A DNA stretch of 64,000 nucleotides from Cirrosporium novae-zelandiae (taxonomy: Eukaryota), in assembly GCA_026023565.1 (NCBI GenBank), contig JAPETS010000007.1, positions 868,001-932,000 on the forward strand, written 5' to 3'. The notes under the pieces were generated by a model. It searched no databases. It was not told where the DNA came from and saw only the letters and a program-made list of their open reading frames with translations. This document shows, one piece after another, positions 13,173 to 25,460 of this stretch (positions are counted from its first letter, which is position 1; the number at the start of each line of letters is the position of its first letter). Position numbers and translations under genes: made by a program.

Positions 13173-14841
13173 TGTTCTGTTAATGCTAAGAATGAATGTA
13201 CGTTTGAGTAGCTAGCTGGATTAGATGGTACTTTGAGACATTCATGTCCTTCGAGGCTGGAAGTTTTGAAAGTCGTTACTAAGAAACCAAGAACAAACAA
13301 ACAAGCAAGATTCTCTCTAAAGATGGAAAACAGGGATAGACAGATTCGTGACGTATGATAGTTACCTATCTAACTTGCTCAGTAAAACGCATAACAGAGT
13401 TAGAAAAGTTCACGTGTGCTGGAGTGCTAAAAACGCATAACCCTTAGGTTGTCATTAGTATGGCTCTTGGTCATCTGGCCCTGGTAATTACTGCCAGCCC
13501 TTAGGCCCCGGAACTCGAATCGGGCAAATGCTTTGAGGAATCACGGGCTAATGTAAGCCCAATGGTAGCCCAAAGCAAATCCACTATCAAGCATGCGAAC
13601 CACCCTCGAGCATCTAGAGTTGAGCTCTAGTCTCGCAAAAAGCCAATCACTGACCATCTCAGATACCAAGTATGAGGGCCTGGGCAGACCGACTTTCAGG
13701 TAGGGATAAACTCCATAGAGATGGCTTACATTAGTATTCATAGTCCACCTCGACTTTTTTTGACCCGATGACTGAATCACCTTAGCCTCGGACTTTCTGT
13801 TTGACACATGCTTGCACATGACCCATCTTGGCATTCTTTTGATAAAAATGACTTAATTGGAGATTGACCTGCCTGCAAGACGTCTATCTTCGACCCGATG
13901 AGGAATTGGAGAATCAGGGTAGTATCTCTTATTGCGAGGATGAAGTGGGGCTGATGATGCCAGGGATGGACACTGCTCTGACTATCAAAGTGCATAGAAA
14001 CCAAGAGAGTCTTCGAGAAGTCACTAAAGCGCTCCCGTTGTAGGTTAGAAAATAGTGTATTGGCTCAAATTTAAGGTGATGTTGTCTAGTTGTTTCCATG
14101 AGGAGGTGGGGAGGGAAGCAGATAAGGGCAGGGCGGTAAGCGGCTGGCTTGGCTCCTTTTCATATCGTGGTCGGATTTTGAGAGGTGCGATGCGGGGATA
14201 AATTTCAGGGATGTTGATAGTCTGATAGATGATTGGTGCACCATTAGGGTCGAGACCGAGGTCAATATTCTCCTACAGGGAACTCGCTGCATCAATTGTA
14301 ACATGATACAAAGCTGGACCAGAAGTTAGGTTTATTCTTTCATTTAGTTTTGTTCCTCCTCCGCTGCTGTCCGACCGCGAAACCAACTTAACCATGATGT
14401 CAACAGAATTAATTCGACGTGCCTCACCCTTGATAGTGCTTTGCGTTGACCTAGTTCTGTACCCTGAAAGTTCTGTTTACGCGGAGCAGTCATGGAACCT
14501 GGGGCGCATGTGTAACATAGAAAATGCTTTCAAGGCTGGCTCAGTTGATTGAATTTGATATGCTTAACGTCTAGACCCCTCCGCATTCTTCTCGAAGTAA
14601 ACTAGAGCAAGCTGTCTGACCCTTCCAACTCAAGTAACCAATTATTGTTTTGCACGTTGCTATTTCATGTAGAAAAGAAGCAGTCAGTATATGGGAATGA
14701 AGCTTAGCAAGGGTTTGAGCAGCTTATATACAGCTAATACTTCCCATAAGGGTTAAGCAATTTGTGTCGATTCTTTACGCTCCTGTTTGACATCTCTTGT
14801 TCAGTATTTTCCCCAAACCCCTGAAAATAATCGTTAGTATC

Positions 14842-15303
14842 ATGGCTGAAGAGATAGTCTATTCCGCCAGTCCCCTCAAATCTGCCGTTGACTGGATAAC
14901 AGAAGGAGGTACGAGAAATTGGACCTTCACTATGTGGACGGTATCCCGTTATTCCATCTTCCCAACACTCCCCAACAGCAAACTCTTTCGGTTATAGAGC
15001 TTACTCTGTTTCTGTCAGACCGCCATGCATTATCCGGAAAAGAAGACGGGAATGAGCGGGGTCCTCGCTGGCGGTAATGGTATCCCTTTCACCATTCGTC
15101 ACGACTGGGACGCAAACAAGCACTACCATGTCAACGCCGTTCGTGGCGCGGGCAACACGGCTATCCGTAGAGCGTACTGCTACCAACAGGTTACGGCGTT
15201 TGATACCGAGATGCAAGCTATTCAGAGGTATGATACGTTGACGGAGAATATCAATCGTCATGGGGACCAACAAGCTGCGGCGCAGTTCATGAGTCTTGGA
15301 TAA
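14842..15303 (+). CDS. Small hypothetical protein (~127 aa) with toxin-RNase-like motif
   Basis: TATA-like TTATATA near 14724; exon 1 14842-14940, intron 14941-15018 (GTATCC..TCAG), in-frame exon 2 to TAA 15303; motif IRHDWDANKHYHVNA. Confidence 0.7.
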
Positions 15304-15989
15304 GAGGAGGAGAAAGATTGACGAGTGGAAGGTGTCTTGGGTCTCAATCAAATAAAGACACTGGATCGATCACAGGACTGAGCCGAAACTTGTGAAGTAA
15401 AAGCTCGAATGCTAGCATTGTTGTTTTGCGTAAAGATGAAATTTTAGTTTTCACAAGGGTATTATATATATATTACGGAACCGATTGTTACAAGAACGTT
15501 GAGCCTTTGTCAAAAACCACAATGCTTAAAGCCATTTCGTGAGAAAACCAATTATAGGAAATTTCCTATCAAATCCACTATTGCTATAGATATTTGTTTA
15601 TTGATTTTCTATACTGAACGTCGGCATCAGCCCTACCACAATGTATTTATAATTAAAGGGAAGAAAAGACATAAAAGGCCGTTCAAAAGCAGATTCGATG
15701 GTTGAAAAGTCATGGTAGGAGGATGGAGGCTACGAATACTCGTGCAGTTCTAATATTCATTGAGGTAGAAGCAGACAGCGTGTGACGTGAGTGATAGGAG
15801 AAGGGAAGCTATTTCTAGCTGCTGGATTCTAGACTTTGGGATGCCCTGGTGGGCTAGCGAGATTTAGGATGAAAAGCAGAAGATTTTGGGGAGGGCTGTG
15901 GTTCTCTAGAGATCGTTTGCACCCGATGATGAGCCAACCAAGCGAACGAGGGCACGTCAGAGATGGGCAGGTTTAGCGAGTAATCGAGG

Positions 15990-16951
15990 CTACGTCAAAG
16001 AGTGATCATCACTCTGCTGGATTTGGCAGTTAGGATCGTAGAACTTAGACATGTTGTATAATATAGGGATATTATTATCATGTTCTCTTAAAGCCCCGTT
16101 CGTACGAAACAAATCACCTATCCAAACTCCCATGCCTCCTCTCCCTCCACGCCGGCGCCCAAACCAGCCTTGCTGCCTTCATTCTCTCCCGGTGATATAT
16201 CAACTCTCCGGTACAATCTCTACACCTATCATCTTCTCCCGTGGCTTCGTCTCCCTATATAGATTCCCAAAAGAGATTTATAATTAGTGAAAAGATGAGT
16301 AGGAAAGGTAAATAGTAAAATTAAGTAGTAGACTAACCAATCAACCGATTGATGAATTAAGCAAGCATGCAGGCGGGCAATCATGACCCCCGTGATAAAG
16401 AAAAGCGGGAAGAGGGGGAGGTACAGCACAACTTGAGGAGAATTAAAACATACCAGCTTAAACTCCCCACACCAACCACATAGCAGACCCCCAACCCCAT
16501 CAACCACAATCTTCTCCCCAGGCCCATACCGATGACACTGCACACCACATTCAATGCAGAACCGACTCGCAGCCTTCGTTCCACCCCTTGCCCGCTTGCC
16601 ATGTTTCTGCACATCCGAGAATTTCGACGCTGCCAGTTTGCGTATGCATGTGTAACAATACAACTTCTCCTTCTCCTTCTCCTTCTCGCTCTCATCGAGG
16701 CTCCAAAGGGGAGTAAGTAGAGGCCAAGACTCCTCAAAAACAAGATACGAGAGTCGTTGTCTGCGGGTCCAAGGATGAGGCGGGTTTTTGATGAGGAGGT
16801 TTAGGAGGGTGTAATAGTGGTGGTTTAGTTGACGTAGTGTGAAAAGGGTGGGGTAGTCGGGGCGAAGGAAGAAGATGACTTGGTCTTCAAGTTCTTGGGG
16901 GAGAGGGAGGCGGAGACGGAAGGGGGGGAGAGAATGGGAGTATGATGGCAT
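15990..16951 (-). CDS. F-box-like protein with Cys-rich C-terminus
   Basis: LPQELEDQVIFFL..LRQLNHHYY; CYTC, FCIECG and CGWC motifs; intron 16453-16255 (GTATGT..TAG) joins in frame to an exon with CRDC, stop at 15990. Confidence 0.7.
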
Positions 16952-17389
16952 CGTTGGATTTGAGGAGATTGTGGTTATTATGAGTGTCGCTCATGTAGTA
17001 TAAAAGAGAGGATAAATATAGTTATGAAATATGGAGCATATATACTAAGAGATATAGATATATAGGTATAGGAGCCTAGCAACGCAGAAAGAATAAATAA
17101 GATCGAGCGAGCTTGATTGCGCGGTCTTATTATATTTTGTTAGATTCTCGATAGCTATACCAATAGCATAGACCCAATAGACTAGGCAGCGAGAACTACA
17201 AATGTTAAAAAAACATGGGATAGATACAAGTTTGCATTTTGTTGTTGTTGCCTGTAGCTACCGATCAATGAAGGTTGGTTTGTTTACGCCAGTTGGTTAG
17301 TTTTAGCTTTTTTTTAGCCATTGGTGAGTTTCTAAGCTAAAATGAACGACCGAGCAACGATGCCTGAGGCAGCGAACTATAGAACTAGA

Positions 17390-17467
17390 ATAGTGACCTT
17401 AGGGAGGCCTTCAAACAAAATCAATTTTCAATAATAATTCAATTGAAGGCCTCCCTAAGGTCACTAT
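17390..17467. repeat. Perfect 25-bp inverted repeat (mini-MITE or collapsed element)
   Basis: ATAGTGACCTTAGGGAGGCCTTCAA (17390-17414) and its exact reverse complement (17443-17467) around a 28-nt AT-rich spacer. Confidence 0.85.
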
Positions 17468-17643
17468 GCTAGTTCTATCTTTGGGTCTCGTCGCCTTCAT
17501 TTCTACCCGTCGAAAGTGTATAGCAGAGAGTTCCGTTATTACTGGGCTGTTCGTGTTTGTATGTCGACATATATTCCAGCCAAAATTTCCGGAGTGTCAT
17601 GCACCTTCCATTGGCATTTGCGAAAAAACAAACGATTCTTTCG

Positions 17644-20002
17644 TCAGCTGGATCTCGTCGCATACCCCATTTCCATCGGTGTATCGTCAAAATCAGAATC
17701 ACCTGAAGCGGCAATGGGAGGATCCCAAGTAACCTCCACAGCTTGATGAGGCTTGTTACAAACTTCGCCCTCCTTCGTCTCTAGCTGAAACTTAATATCC
17801 GCCGGTCCCAAAATAACCCTAATATTGAACTCCGCAAATATATATTTCTGTCCCCGATTGTACCAGTGCCTGTTCCTAGGTTTCATACCGATGGACCCTT
17901 TGAGCTTATATTCGATGTCGCAGAGGCTCCTAACGCCATTTTGCTTTAAGCTACGTGGAAGCTGGTCGCGCTGCAGTTCTGACGTCACGAGGGCGAATTT
18001 TCGGGGCCGGCCCTCCTCGCCTGCGGCTATTTTCAAGCCGTATGGCTTACAAATGCCATGAATAGAGATGCTTTGGCCCTGATTTTGTACACGGGTCATT
18101 AATAAATATTCGTTGACGGAATTAGATGCGTGGGGGCAACTTACCTGCTTAATGAACCAGTCGATTTGGTCATTAGCCCACATCTTTCTATCGCGAGGAT
18201 CGCAGATTACGTCGTCACCTATGTGTCTTAATCGATCATAAGGTTCACGGCAAATAACGCCGTAGCTCATGCGAGAACACCGTTCGTCGAAAACTACTGT
18301 GTTTTGATTAATTTCCTGGACACGACTCATTACGAGGCCGTTGACGACCGCGAGCTGCCTGTTTTATATTTTAGCGTGGCGATCTCATGCTCCCCACTGG
18401 ATCGAAACTGCTTACGGCTGCTCCGCGAGAATAATACGCATGTTTTGGGTGTTTGGCCACTTCGTCTCCAGCTTGTAGTATGAGTTGAGCTGTTTCCTAA
18501 CATACTCCGAGCTTCCAAGCCCGCCGGACACGACCAAATGTGTCTTGTATACGCGTTAGCTATACGTCGTAGATAGGACAGACATCAAAGCTACTGACAA
18601 TTTTTTCTGAAGGATGAATTTTCTCCATCTTTTCAATTTGTTCATTTATGAGATTGATCATCTTTTTGACTAGGCCGTCAAATATTCGTTCCAGGTCTTC
18701 GCTAAATAAAGGCTCAGTAAGTGGTTCACATCTTTTAGGAATAACGAGCTTACCGGTTTATCATCAGTTTCGAATTCCTAATTCCGAGGTCTAGATAATC
18801 GCATTCTGGAGAAAGCCCAGGGATTGGGAGAAATAGAGTGGGGACGTTCGATGCCGGGTCGCCAAAAGAACACTTGAACCGTTCAAATGGACCTTGCATC
18901 ATTTTTTCTGCGCATTCTCTAAGTTCTTCTTCTGTATGAAGGAAATTTGGGATCGTTTTCAGTTGTTTCATAATCAATTTTGTAACTCGCATATTGATAA
19001 ATGCAGAGCCTATCGGGCGCCCTTTATACATTTCAGTTCCAACACATCTTCCCACTATAGCAATTTGTTAAGAGGTACTGACCTTCAACCCAAATTAACT
19101 GCTTCAGGCGTGTAGGATTTTCCGGCAAAGAAATCACCTTTAGGACATTTACATCCTGGCCAACTGTTCCAGTAAATTAATCTAGCTTTGGTCTGAGTTA
19201 ACATACCGTAGTGCCTCCACCAGCGTCACAAACCAGCATAACATCGTCCTTCTGCATGTATAATGTCAGATAGTAGGCAAAAATAGTCTGGTTCCTGAAT
19301 TTATTTCTATAGAGAATTGGCTTACCTGAAGCTGTTGGTTGGAGACATATACCGCAGCAGCTTCTGCCTCAGTCAGTCCAATGTTAAAACGATGCATATC
19401 CCCATCTCCACCAAACCCAGCTCTTTCAATGATATCCTCTAGATCGTTCATCATGCCTGCGGATTTCCATGTCGTTGGAACACTAAAAATGAATTCCACA
19501 ACCTGGTATCTCCATTCTGAGAACCTATCATCGAAAAACTTTTCGATATGGCTATGGATGCAAGAAATATAATCTTCAAACGCGCGTCTTGCATCTTTAG
19601 TGCTCATGTGGCCCGCATCTTCGTCCCGGTATTGAGGATCAAGATGCAGCTTGAAAAGCTCTTTGATGTCAAACTCCTCGTCATCTTGAATAGGTTCACA
19701 AAGAAAACCCCATGTTTTTATGTTTCTCGAATTTCCATAATATGCTATGGCGGTAGGAACCTTGTTGACGGTTTCGTACACAAGTTTCCCAGGCCAGTGT
19801 TGGATTGGTTTAGGATGAGACCAGTCCCGAGCCCTTGAATATGCAACGGCTGGTAAACATCAGAAGAGAAGTCAGTGAAAACGATTGGGCTATATAGAGA
19901 GCTATATCAATACAGACCTGTTTGTGTCATGCCGAAATCAATACCAATCACAATGGCAGGGATACCATCGTTCCCGCCCTCCAAACCCGCAAAGTCTGCC
20001 AT
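17644..20002 (-). CDS. Atypical Hsp70 (HSPA12-like actin-fold ATPase), multi-exon
   Basis: IVIGIDFGMTQT, QHWPG, KVPTAIAY, FIFSVPTTW, LTEAEAAAVY, LVCDAGGGTT, IGSAFIN, FERFKCSFG, VVSGGLGSSEYV, SYGVIC..IDWFIKQ; introns restore the frame. Confidence 0.9.
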
Positions 20003-20905
20003 TGCTATTGCCGCTTCTCTAGTTTAAAAACTGGTATTGTGGTTGTTATCCCGTACGTAATTTAGGAGCGGCTTCGATTTTAGAAATTTGTATGGAGTCT
20101 AATTGTCTATTGCAGCAACATTTGACTTCTCCTTAGCAGCATCTGATATGACGGTGTCCCCGTTTATGTTTAATGAGGCAGGAATCTGGTATAACAATTA
20201 TTTCCTGGTTGAATCCTTAGAGACGGTCTGACAATTGGCCTAAAGACGTTAGCTAGGAGCATTAAGCCCTAAAACGGCAGATCTCACATGTTACTTATAT
20301 CGAATCACATCGATACTACCAACCAAACCCAACTGCTGCGGACTAGATAGAAGTTTAGTTTAATAGGAAGATCGAAGACGTGTACCTTGTCCCACCAAGG
20401 GTACTTGAAATCTACTGAGCCTTGCGGGGATTTTAACTGTTCTTGAAAATCAACCTTTAGTGACTGGAACTTTATATCGCGAGCCTTGCCTTCGGTAGGC
20501 TATCGGGTTGAAGTCTCGGAGTTTTTCGCGATTTAGCGAATATGCCCTTTTTGCTCGGTGGTGGCAGTAGTCTAATCTTTTGAACATTTATTGAACAGGG
20601 GTTTGCCAAATGAAGTCCCGTCTACGCAGCTGACCGTCGTTTTCAGCTTCAGCCCATAGCTGAGTCTGGGCCAATGACGATTTAAAAAAAATCAAGTATT
20701 CCCATAGAGCCAAAGAATGCATTATTACAAGGTTCTATGATACTATTGAGTTACCATCTGTGATTGTGTTGGCGTTTTTTGTCACATTCTTCTAAAATAT
20801 TAGGCTGAAGCTGCATATAAATATAAACTTGGCTGTGGGTGTGTTTATCCTTAGACCAAAAGTCTCCAAAGTAAAACGGTTTCAACATCCACCACCTTCA
20901 CAGCT

Positions 20906-22252
20906 ATGGCAACTACCTTCACCACCATATTTACAGGTACAACTACAGCCACAACTACAACCACACTTAAAATTACAATTACAACCACACCTATAACTAC
21001 ATCTTCATCTACAGTTACAACCGCATCTACAGCTGCAACTCCGACTAACAGTACACCTCAAAAAGGATCTTATACACCCCTTCCAGCTAGAACCGTCGCT
21101 GGTATTGTCATTGGCACGGCAATTGGTCTCGCTTTCATCACATTCGTTGCAACTTATATGTGGATGAGGTGTCGTTCAAACCGTCGTCAAGAGTTCGATT
21201 CCACACACGCCCTTCAGCATCGACCAAACCGACCACACAATACCTCTACCGCATCCTCTCATAGCACCTCAGGACAAGGTGACTTCAATTTCCTCCCACC
21301 AACCATAGAAGATCGGGCTATTAGCAATAAAGTCTGGACTCTTCTAGAGCAGATCTCACTGCACGTTGAGAACTTCTACTCTGATTCCATACAAGATGTA
21401 ATGACCACAGCAGCAAAAGCAGAACTGGCTGCAAGATTCAACTCCCCATATCTCCCTAAACCAGTTGAGGCATTGCTGGAAAGTGCACGACACCCAAGTG
21501 TTGTCATTGAGCATTGTCTTTGTTTCGATATCCTCCGTGCCATTTCTCCCTCATCGGATCCAGGTTTTTCATTCCTTCCTCGAGAATTCGTCCTATTGCC
21601 CAGCCAGATGAAAGATATCAAGAACCCAAGCGAAAGAAGCATAGGTATGTAAATCTACACGTTCACTTGACCAATTATCACAATATCCAATCAGTCTAAA
21701 GGGGTCGATTCCTCACCACTCATACTGAAGGCCCAGCCAACCACACAGTATCAATACCCAAATAAAGTTTTCCACTTGACATGACACAACCCGTCCTCAA
21801 CCACTAACATCAAAATATCCCCAGCACAACGATCTCTTGCCCTCTCCAGTTGGCGGACCCTGAGCGTCTATCTTCGTCCACAACCTTTCAACGATCGCAC
21901 CTACCTTACCTTCCTTGACGAGGCCATAGAACAGGCGGTCCAGTCCGCCTCGCTCGCCTTCGCCGCTTTTCAGAATCACCGCCACAAGAGCGAAGATCGC
22001 ATTTACAACCTCACTGAAATCATGAAGAGCGCCGCCGAGATCGGAGTACTGTTGTTTTCACAGCCAAACGGGTTTTTGTGGGAATGGGGGACAGCTGGCA
22101 ATAGGGAGGATGGAGGGACCTCGAGAGATAGTAGACAGTCGACGGTGATGATGGTAGTTGTGAGTCCGAGCTTGGTCAAGGAAACGGACGAGAAAGGGAG
22201 AAAGGTGGACAAAAAGATTGTGTTGGTTGAAAAGGTTCGAAGGAGAATTTAA
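20906..22252 (+). CDS. Single-pass membrane protein with Thr/Ser-rich N-terminus and conserved helical/beta C-terminal domain
   Basis: Thr-rich start; TM segment VAGIVIGTAIGLAFITFVATYMWM; intron 21645-21824; exon 2 SWRTLSVYL..NLTEIMKSAAEIGVLLFSQP..VVVSPSLVKETDEKG..VLVEKV, stop 22252. Confidence 0.85.
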
Positions 22253-22729
22253 GGGAATATTTAGATGGCAGCAATCTTAGACCTGACGTTAATATTTTAT
22301 CTCACCTAAATCAGCTATTCTCACCCCTTGGAGTTTTTCATTATAATATTTTACACGATACGAGTTTTGCAATCGTTACACAGGAGCTGTATAATGTCTG
22401 TACCTTCTAGCACTCCATTCGTGATGGCTATCCTTGAACCTCGATGCGCCGAAGATAGGGTCTGTCATCTTGACAATGCGCAACGCTTAAGTGCTGTACG
22501 TGCTTTAAAGCCTACTGTGTAGAGTACAGTAAATATCTGCAGCTCGGACGGAACGGGCCCTTTGTTTCTAGGCCTTTAACTCTCTACTTAAGTACCTAGA
22601 TAAGGTACATAATCTAGCAGAGTTTTCGCACGATAATGCAGTACCCCGGTACGAAGCTGATCAAAAAAGAGGCGCCCACAAATTTGATTCCTAAGATATT
22701 GATTGGTTCACAATTTCTTAAAATAATTA

Positions 22730-22912
22730 CCTGTTGACCTGTCCTCGGATGGCTACCTCTAGTAGGGGTGTCATGTAAAGATTAATTAAGCAGAATCAGC
22801 TATCCATTTCTTTGCTGAATTAATTATTGAGCCTCAAGATCTTATCATTGGACCAATTGACCTTATAGCGTTACCCCTCTGCTAGCGGTAGCCATCCGAC
22901 GACATTTCAGGT
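22730..22912. mobile_element. MITE family B, degenerate copy
   Basis: Imperfect TIRs TGTCCTCGGATGGCTACCTCTAG / CTAGCGGTAGCCATCCGACGACA; core TTGAGCCTCAAGATCTTATCATTGGACCAAT shared with the copies at 25849 and 57535. Confidence 0.8.
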
Positions 22913-23229
22913 GATGCTTGTGTCGTGATGGAACTCATGCATGTATTAACTACCCCTGGTACAATTATTGTGTGAGGAAAATGCTGAGAACCTTTTTGAG
23001 AGTGAGTGTGTCCCCACACATCGAACAACCAACGCATGGACCTGCTGCTTCTAACTCACAGCTAGCCTCTTTAGACCCTTGAGAGCCTTGCCAGTCTCAG
23101 CTATCACAATATTCTGGAAACTTATTGAAGCGATCGTTCCTTTTGCATCGTTGGGCAACCCTCATCGCTATGGACGATTCTGTCCGTATTCTCCTGTTCT
23201 ATTGATGCCCTAGAGTACTTATGGTTTCC

Positions 23230-24225
23230 TTATGAGGCATTCAGAATCGAAGGAGGATCTGATTTGGATATTTCCATCTTTACTGGAGCGCAGAAGAAAT
23301 TATTGATAATGGTGGTATTGGAAGAATGCTCGTATTTTTGTGAAGCAGATTCTCCATTTGGATATTGGGTTTCGGAGTTTTCGCTGCTCTTGGTATGTTG
23401 TCGGCATTTCCATCCCCGTCGCCAGATTCGGAGGCTCTCGAGATCATCCTTAGACGAAGAGTCCGGGGTAAGCTCTGATGGCCCTTTTGAGACTCTTGGA
23501 GAAGCAATTTCAGTACCGTTATCCGTGTCCATTGACTTAGACCTGACCGCAATCATTAATGGGGGTTCACCAGCTGTTGCTGTACTTATAGAGGGAGACA
23601 TAAGGCTGGTAGCTGAAGAAATAGCTTCTTCTTCAATACATGTCCTCCCCTGTACCCCCCTTCTGCCGTTAGTGAGATCATTCTTGCTCTTTTTCTTTGC
23701 AGAGCGCTTCCAAGTCAATAGCTCGTTCTCTTGGTAGACTGGCGGCGGACCCCACATTTCCCCTCTTATGGCCGCATCACCAACGATGCTCCCTTGTTTG
23801 ATATAAAGCGTATTGATCACAGTTCCTAGGGAATTTGCGCAAATTCCCAACCTCCTATGTTTGTCCGCGATTATGTCGGAATCTCTGAAAACCCAGAGTG
23901 CCCTATTTCGGATGCTCATGCCCCCATTCATAGTCTGCATATCCACTCTTGCGGGTTCAATGACTCTCATAATGTTGCGAACGGCAGCCGTCGTATCGGA
24001 TATCACAAAGTCGATCCATTTGCATTCATCCTCCGTAAGGATGGTCGTTTTCAGGCTCCGAAGGCGCAGGGCCTCGTGAATTTGGTGTTCGATAGTCCCT
24101 GTAGTGGAGATGAGGTCGGCGGTTTGTTCAGATGCTGCCTTGAGAGCAAAAGTGATTTCAAAGAGCTTAATTGTGACATTGACTGCTGGGCCCACACCAG
24201 ATATGATATGTGTTATAGGGTCCAT
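23230..24225 (-). CDS. Hypothetical protein with fungal STAND-N/SesA-like helical N-terminus and low-complexity tail
   Basis: Long ORF; MDPITHIISGVGPAV.. start followed by amphipathic helices and RNRALWVFRD..KHRRL, resembling N-terminal helical domains of fungal NLRs. Start chosen at MDP (24225). Confidence 0.7.
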   Translation of the reverse strand: MDPITHIISGVGPAVNVTIKLFEITFALKAASEQTADLISTTGTIEHQIHEALRLRSLKTTILTEDECKWIDFVISDTTAAVRNIMRVIEPARVDMQTMNGGMSIRNRALWVFRDSDIIADKHRRLGICANSLGTVINTLYIKQGSIVGDAAIRGEMWGPPPVYQENELLTWKRSAKKKSKNDLTNGRRGVQGRTCIEEEAISSATSLMSPSISTATAGEPPLMIAVRSKSMDTDNGTEIASPRVSKGPSELTPDSSSKDDLESLRIWRRGWKCRQHTKSSENSETQYPNGESASQKYEHSSNTTIINNFFCAPVKMEISKSDPPSILNAS

Positions 24226-24816
24226 GGTCTTTGAAGCATTCCGGATGGATCGATTAAAATTGGTAGACATTCTACTGCTTTGTAATGAAAAATAAAGCTG
24301 GGGTAAAGAGGGGAAAATGCATGGCCTCTTATCTTCTTGCAAGGATGTTGTTTGCTGTATTGTCCACAAGTAGGATCCAAGGCTTTTCAGCTGGGGCTGA
24401 AATGGTGTCACAAGTCCTAGATTTGATCATTCACATGCGAGTCCATTGTATGCAAATACAGTAAATTATAAATAGATTAATGAATATTAGTGTGGCGGGA
24501 GAATTCATTTATCTCATTCCATATTCATTACCTGGTTATCACAAGGCGTATTATATCTCTTCAGCCCTTAATAGACCATAACCTCCATCAAAAAAGGATC
24601 TTATACCCTATGGAAAATTTCACCATCGGATAGATAGACGAGTCTAGCTCACGAGTAATAACTTTAATGTTAAGTTCAAGAACAAAATGATTCTCCATAT
24701 AGCTTAACTACACCTCCGAGTGATCTGATCATGGTGCAATTACCCAGCAGACAAGGCTGATGGAAAGATATGTAGTGTTCTCTCAAAGCTAAATAAGCTT
24801 CACAAACAAATCCATC

Positions 24817-25460
24817 TTAACTCAAAGTTATCCTTTTCATCGCCCAATCAGCGACTTTCCATGCCTCGACAAGGACCTTCCCTACGGCAATTCGTTCAAC
24901 CGCCTTATCATCCTTACGACTGACCATCATAACATTGAAGATTGGGAACAAGTCTCCACTAAGCTTGTCCTCCAACTTGGAGGAATAGATGTCAATGATA
25001 CGACGACCCGGTGTCGACTTCATAGGATCCAGATACATATCCCAAGATTGTGACTGAGAAAGCATGATAAATTCCTGTGGCTGGTCGCCAAGCAAGGCTC
25101 GAACTCTCTTCTCGAGGAGAGTAGAACCAATCCATTTACCGTCTTGGTCTATAATCTTGAAAGGCTGAAGGTAATTATGCATTGAGGCTGCGATCCCCCA
25201 TGGAAGTTCTTCCCCTAGCCTGAAGCCTGCTGACGCCAACCAGAAGTTAAGAAAATGGGCTAGCTAAGCAGGCTTATAAATTTCCATATCCGCAATAGCT
25301 TCTAGATCTTCGTCTGTGTCGCTAGTGTCGCCAGTGTCGAATCCAATCCCAAGTGACCCCTCCAATCCAACCCACCCAAGACCACGTCGGAAATACATTC
25401 CCAACAGAGCATATCCAGCGTTCTAGTGGCTCTTGAGGATCCCATAAGAGAGACTTGCAT
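24817..25460 (-). pseudogene. C-terminal fragment of a HET-domain protein
   Basis: FPTWSWVGWIG near 25395-25361; FNVMMV..ERIAVG..AW tail; in-frame TAG at 25264-66; 5' part replaced by Tc1 sequence. Confidence 0.75.

Noticed and set aside
13541..14030. Possible degraded gene on the minus strand (HRVKKSRGG resembles the lead-in to a Zn2Cys6 domain)
   Set aside because: Cysteines are absent and stops follow immediately; too little to support.
18330..18420. Apparent frameshift in the Hsp70-like gene
   Set aside because: Explained by an intron (GTAAGC..CTAAA..ACAG on the minus strand).
23264..24295. Plus-strand ORFs in the track (also those antisense to CYP505, ADH, CCT7 and HET)
   Set aside because: Antisense shadows of better-supported genes.
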